DNA of 64,000 nucleotides from Candidatus Accumulibacter jenkinsii (GTDB lineage Bacteria; Pseudomonadota; Gammaproteobacteria; Burkholderiales; Rhodocyclaceae): NCBI GenBank assembly GCA_036625225.1, contig JAZKUF010000005.1, positions 35,553 to 99,552 of the forward strand, read 5' to 3'. Shown piece by piece: positions 63,090 to 64,000 of this stretch (position 1 is its first letter; each line of letters starts with the position of its first letter). The notes under the pieces were generated by a model. It saw only the letters and a program-made list of their open reading frames with translations, ran no database searches and was not told where the DNA came from. The position numbers and the translations under genes were made by a program.

Positions 63090-64000
63090 TCAGGCGAGCT
63101 GCACGGCGACCTGCTGCAGCTCGCGGGCCTTGTCCTCGGGCAGGGCATCGACGGCAAAGAAACCGGCGGCGATCTCCGTCCCCGCCAGGTATTTGAGGCG
63201 GTCCGGGCTGCGGTAGGGCGGATAGAACTCGGCGTGCAGGTGCGCCTGCGGATGCCGGCGGCGGTCGGTCGGCGCCTGGTACCAGGCCATCACGTAGGGC
63301 ATCGGTCGCTGCCAGAGGCCGTCGTACTTGAGGAGGACGGTTTTCAAGGCGCACGCGAGATCCCGCCGCCGGGCGTCATCGAGGTCGGCAAAACCGGCCA
63401 CCGCAGTGATCGGGGCCACCCACACCTCGTACGGGTAACGGGCGCAGGGCGGCACGAAGGCAACCGCATGCGGCCCTTCGTAGAGCATCCGCCGACCGTC
63501 GCTGCGCTCACGGGCGATCAGATCTTCGAGGACGCCGCTCCCCTTCGCCGCCCGGTAGGCGAGCGCCTGCTCGAGCATGCGCGCCGGCACCGGCGGCACC
63601 ACCGGGTAGGCATAGGTCTGGCCATGCGGGTGATGCAGGGTGGCGCCGACCTCGACGCCGCGGTTCTCGAAGGGCAGCACGTAGGCGATATCGCTGCGCT
63701 CTGCGAGGCGACGGCTGCGATCGGCCCAGACCTGCAGCAGCAGTTCCAGGTGGCTGACCGGTAGCCGGCCGAGCGCCGCGTCAACCTCCCGGGTGTATAC
63801 GGTCACTTCGCAGTGGCCACCGGCGGGCGCAGTCAGGACCGTGCTCGCGGGCGGCGGTTCGTCGTCCGGCCTCGGCGCGCGCAGCGCCGGGAAGCGGTTG
63901 TCGAAAACCGCCACCTGCCAGTTGCCGCCTGGCAGTTCGGTCGGACAGGCGGGATCGACGGTGGGCCCCAGCGGGTTGTACTCGGGCGGTGGCAGAAAGG
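63090..64000 (-). CDS. galT: Galactose-1-phosphate uridylyltransferase, 5' end beyond the window
   Basis: His-x-His-x-Gln active site 'HHPHGQ'. The frame stays open to the window edge upstream of the tracked GTG (63914). Confidence 0.8.
   Translation of the reverse strand, partial: FLPPPEYNPLGPTVDPACPTELPGGNWQVAVFDNRFPALRAPRPDDEPPPASTVLTAPAGGHCEVTVYTREVDAALGRLPVSHLELLLQVWADRSRRLAERSDIAYVLPFENRGVEVGATLHHPHGQTYAYPVVPPVPARMLEQALAYRAAKGSGVLEDLIARERSDGRRMLYEGPHAVAFVPPCARYPYEVWVAPITAVAGFADLDDARRRDLACALKTVLLKYDGLWQRPMPYVMAWYQAPTDRRRHPQAHLHAEFYPPYRSPDRLKYLAGTEIAAGFFAVDALPEDKARELQQVAVQLA

Noticed and set aside
57915-63764. Long plus-strand ORFs (57915-59393, 59659-60579, 60616-61650, 61895-63196, 62985-63764).
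   Set aside because: All are antisense to the minus-strand genes carrying RmlD-like, UGM, GalK and GalT signatures. They are Arg/Gly/Ala-rich shadow ORFs.

Overview
High-G+C, proteobacterial-looking chromosomal segment with four blocks. (1) 1-13.1 kb: a five-gene, translationally coupled operon that runs off the left edge. It encodes a Ser/Thr kinase, a Upf1/Dna2-like SF1 helicase, a 741-aa protein with two R-x4-6-H (HEPN-like) helices, a long coiled coil fused to an McrB-type AAA+ GTPase, and a 1347-aa McrC-N-like / Hsp70-like / cold-shock-domain fusion with no visible nuclease. I read it as a McrBC-derived, probably RNA-directed immunity system of the computationally predicted 'CoCoNuT' kind, and it is the top candidate for a novel system here. 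(2) 13.9-42.3 kb: a PON-like lactonase gene followed by a full extracellular contractile injection system (eCIS, phage-tail-like) operon. Components are AAA+ ATPase, DUF4255 cap, sheath, two tubes, gpE-like chaperone with a possible -1 frameshift, tape measure with 3.8 near-identical 378-bp repeats, LysM, hub, spike, PAAR, gp25, baseplate proteins, a repeat-bearing beta-propeller fibre, and a 1144-aa double-DUF4157 effector. The hub gene is split by an IS1634-family insertion, so the machine is probably inactive in this genome. (3) 42.3-53.5 kb: lower-G+C accessory DNA and mobile-element debris. It holds a two-gene membrane module, a truncated PON paralogue, a 223-bp MITE, a Fic protein, an IS4 pseudogene, IS66 pieces, and a truncated Tn3 transposase with resolvase and res-like site. 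A ~0.6-kb inverted duplication (13.44-14.01 kb vs 44.04-44.87 kb) brackets the eCIS. A 27-bp direct repeat (42469 and 53476) brackets the debris field. (4) 53.5-64 kb: GGDEF remnant, DUF1579, osmC, rpoN, two fused sugar-metabolism genes (GH1-like/RmlD-like; glycosyltransferase/UDP-galactopyranose mutase), galK and partial galT. No rRNA, tRNA or CRISPR array was seen. All calls rest on motif reading by eye; no database search was possible.
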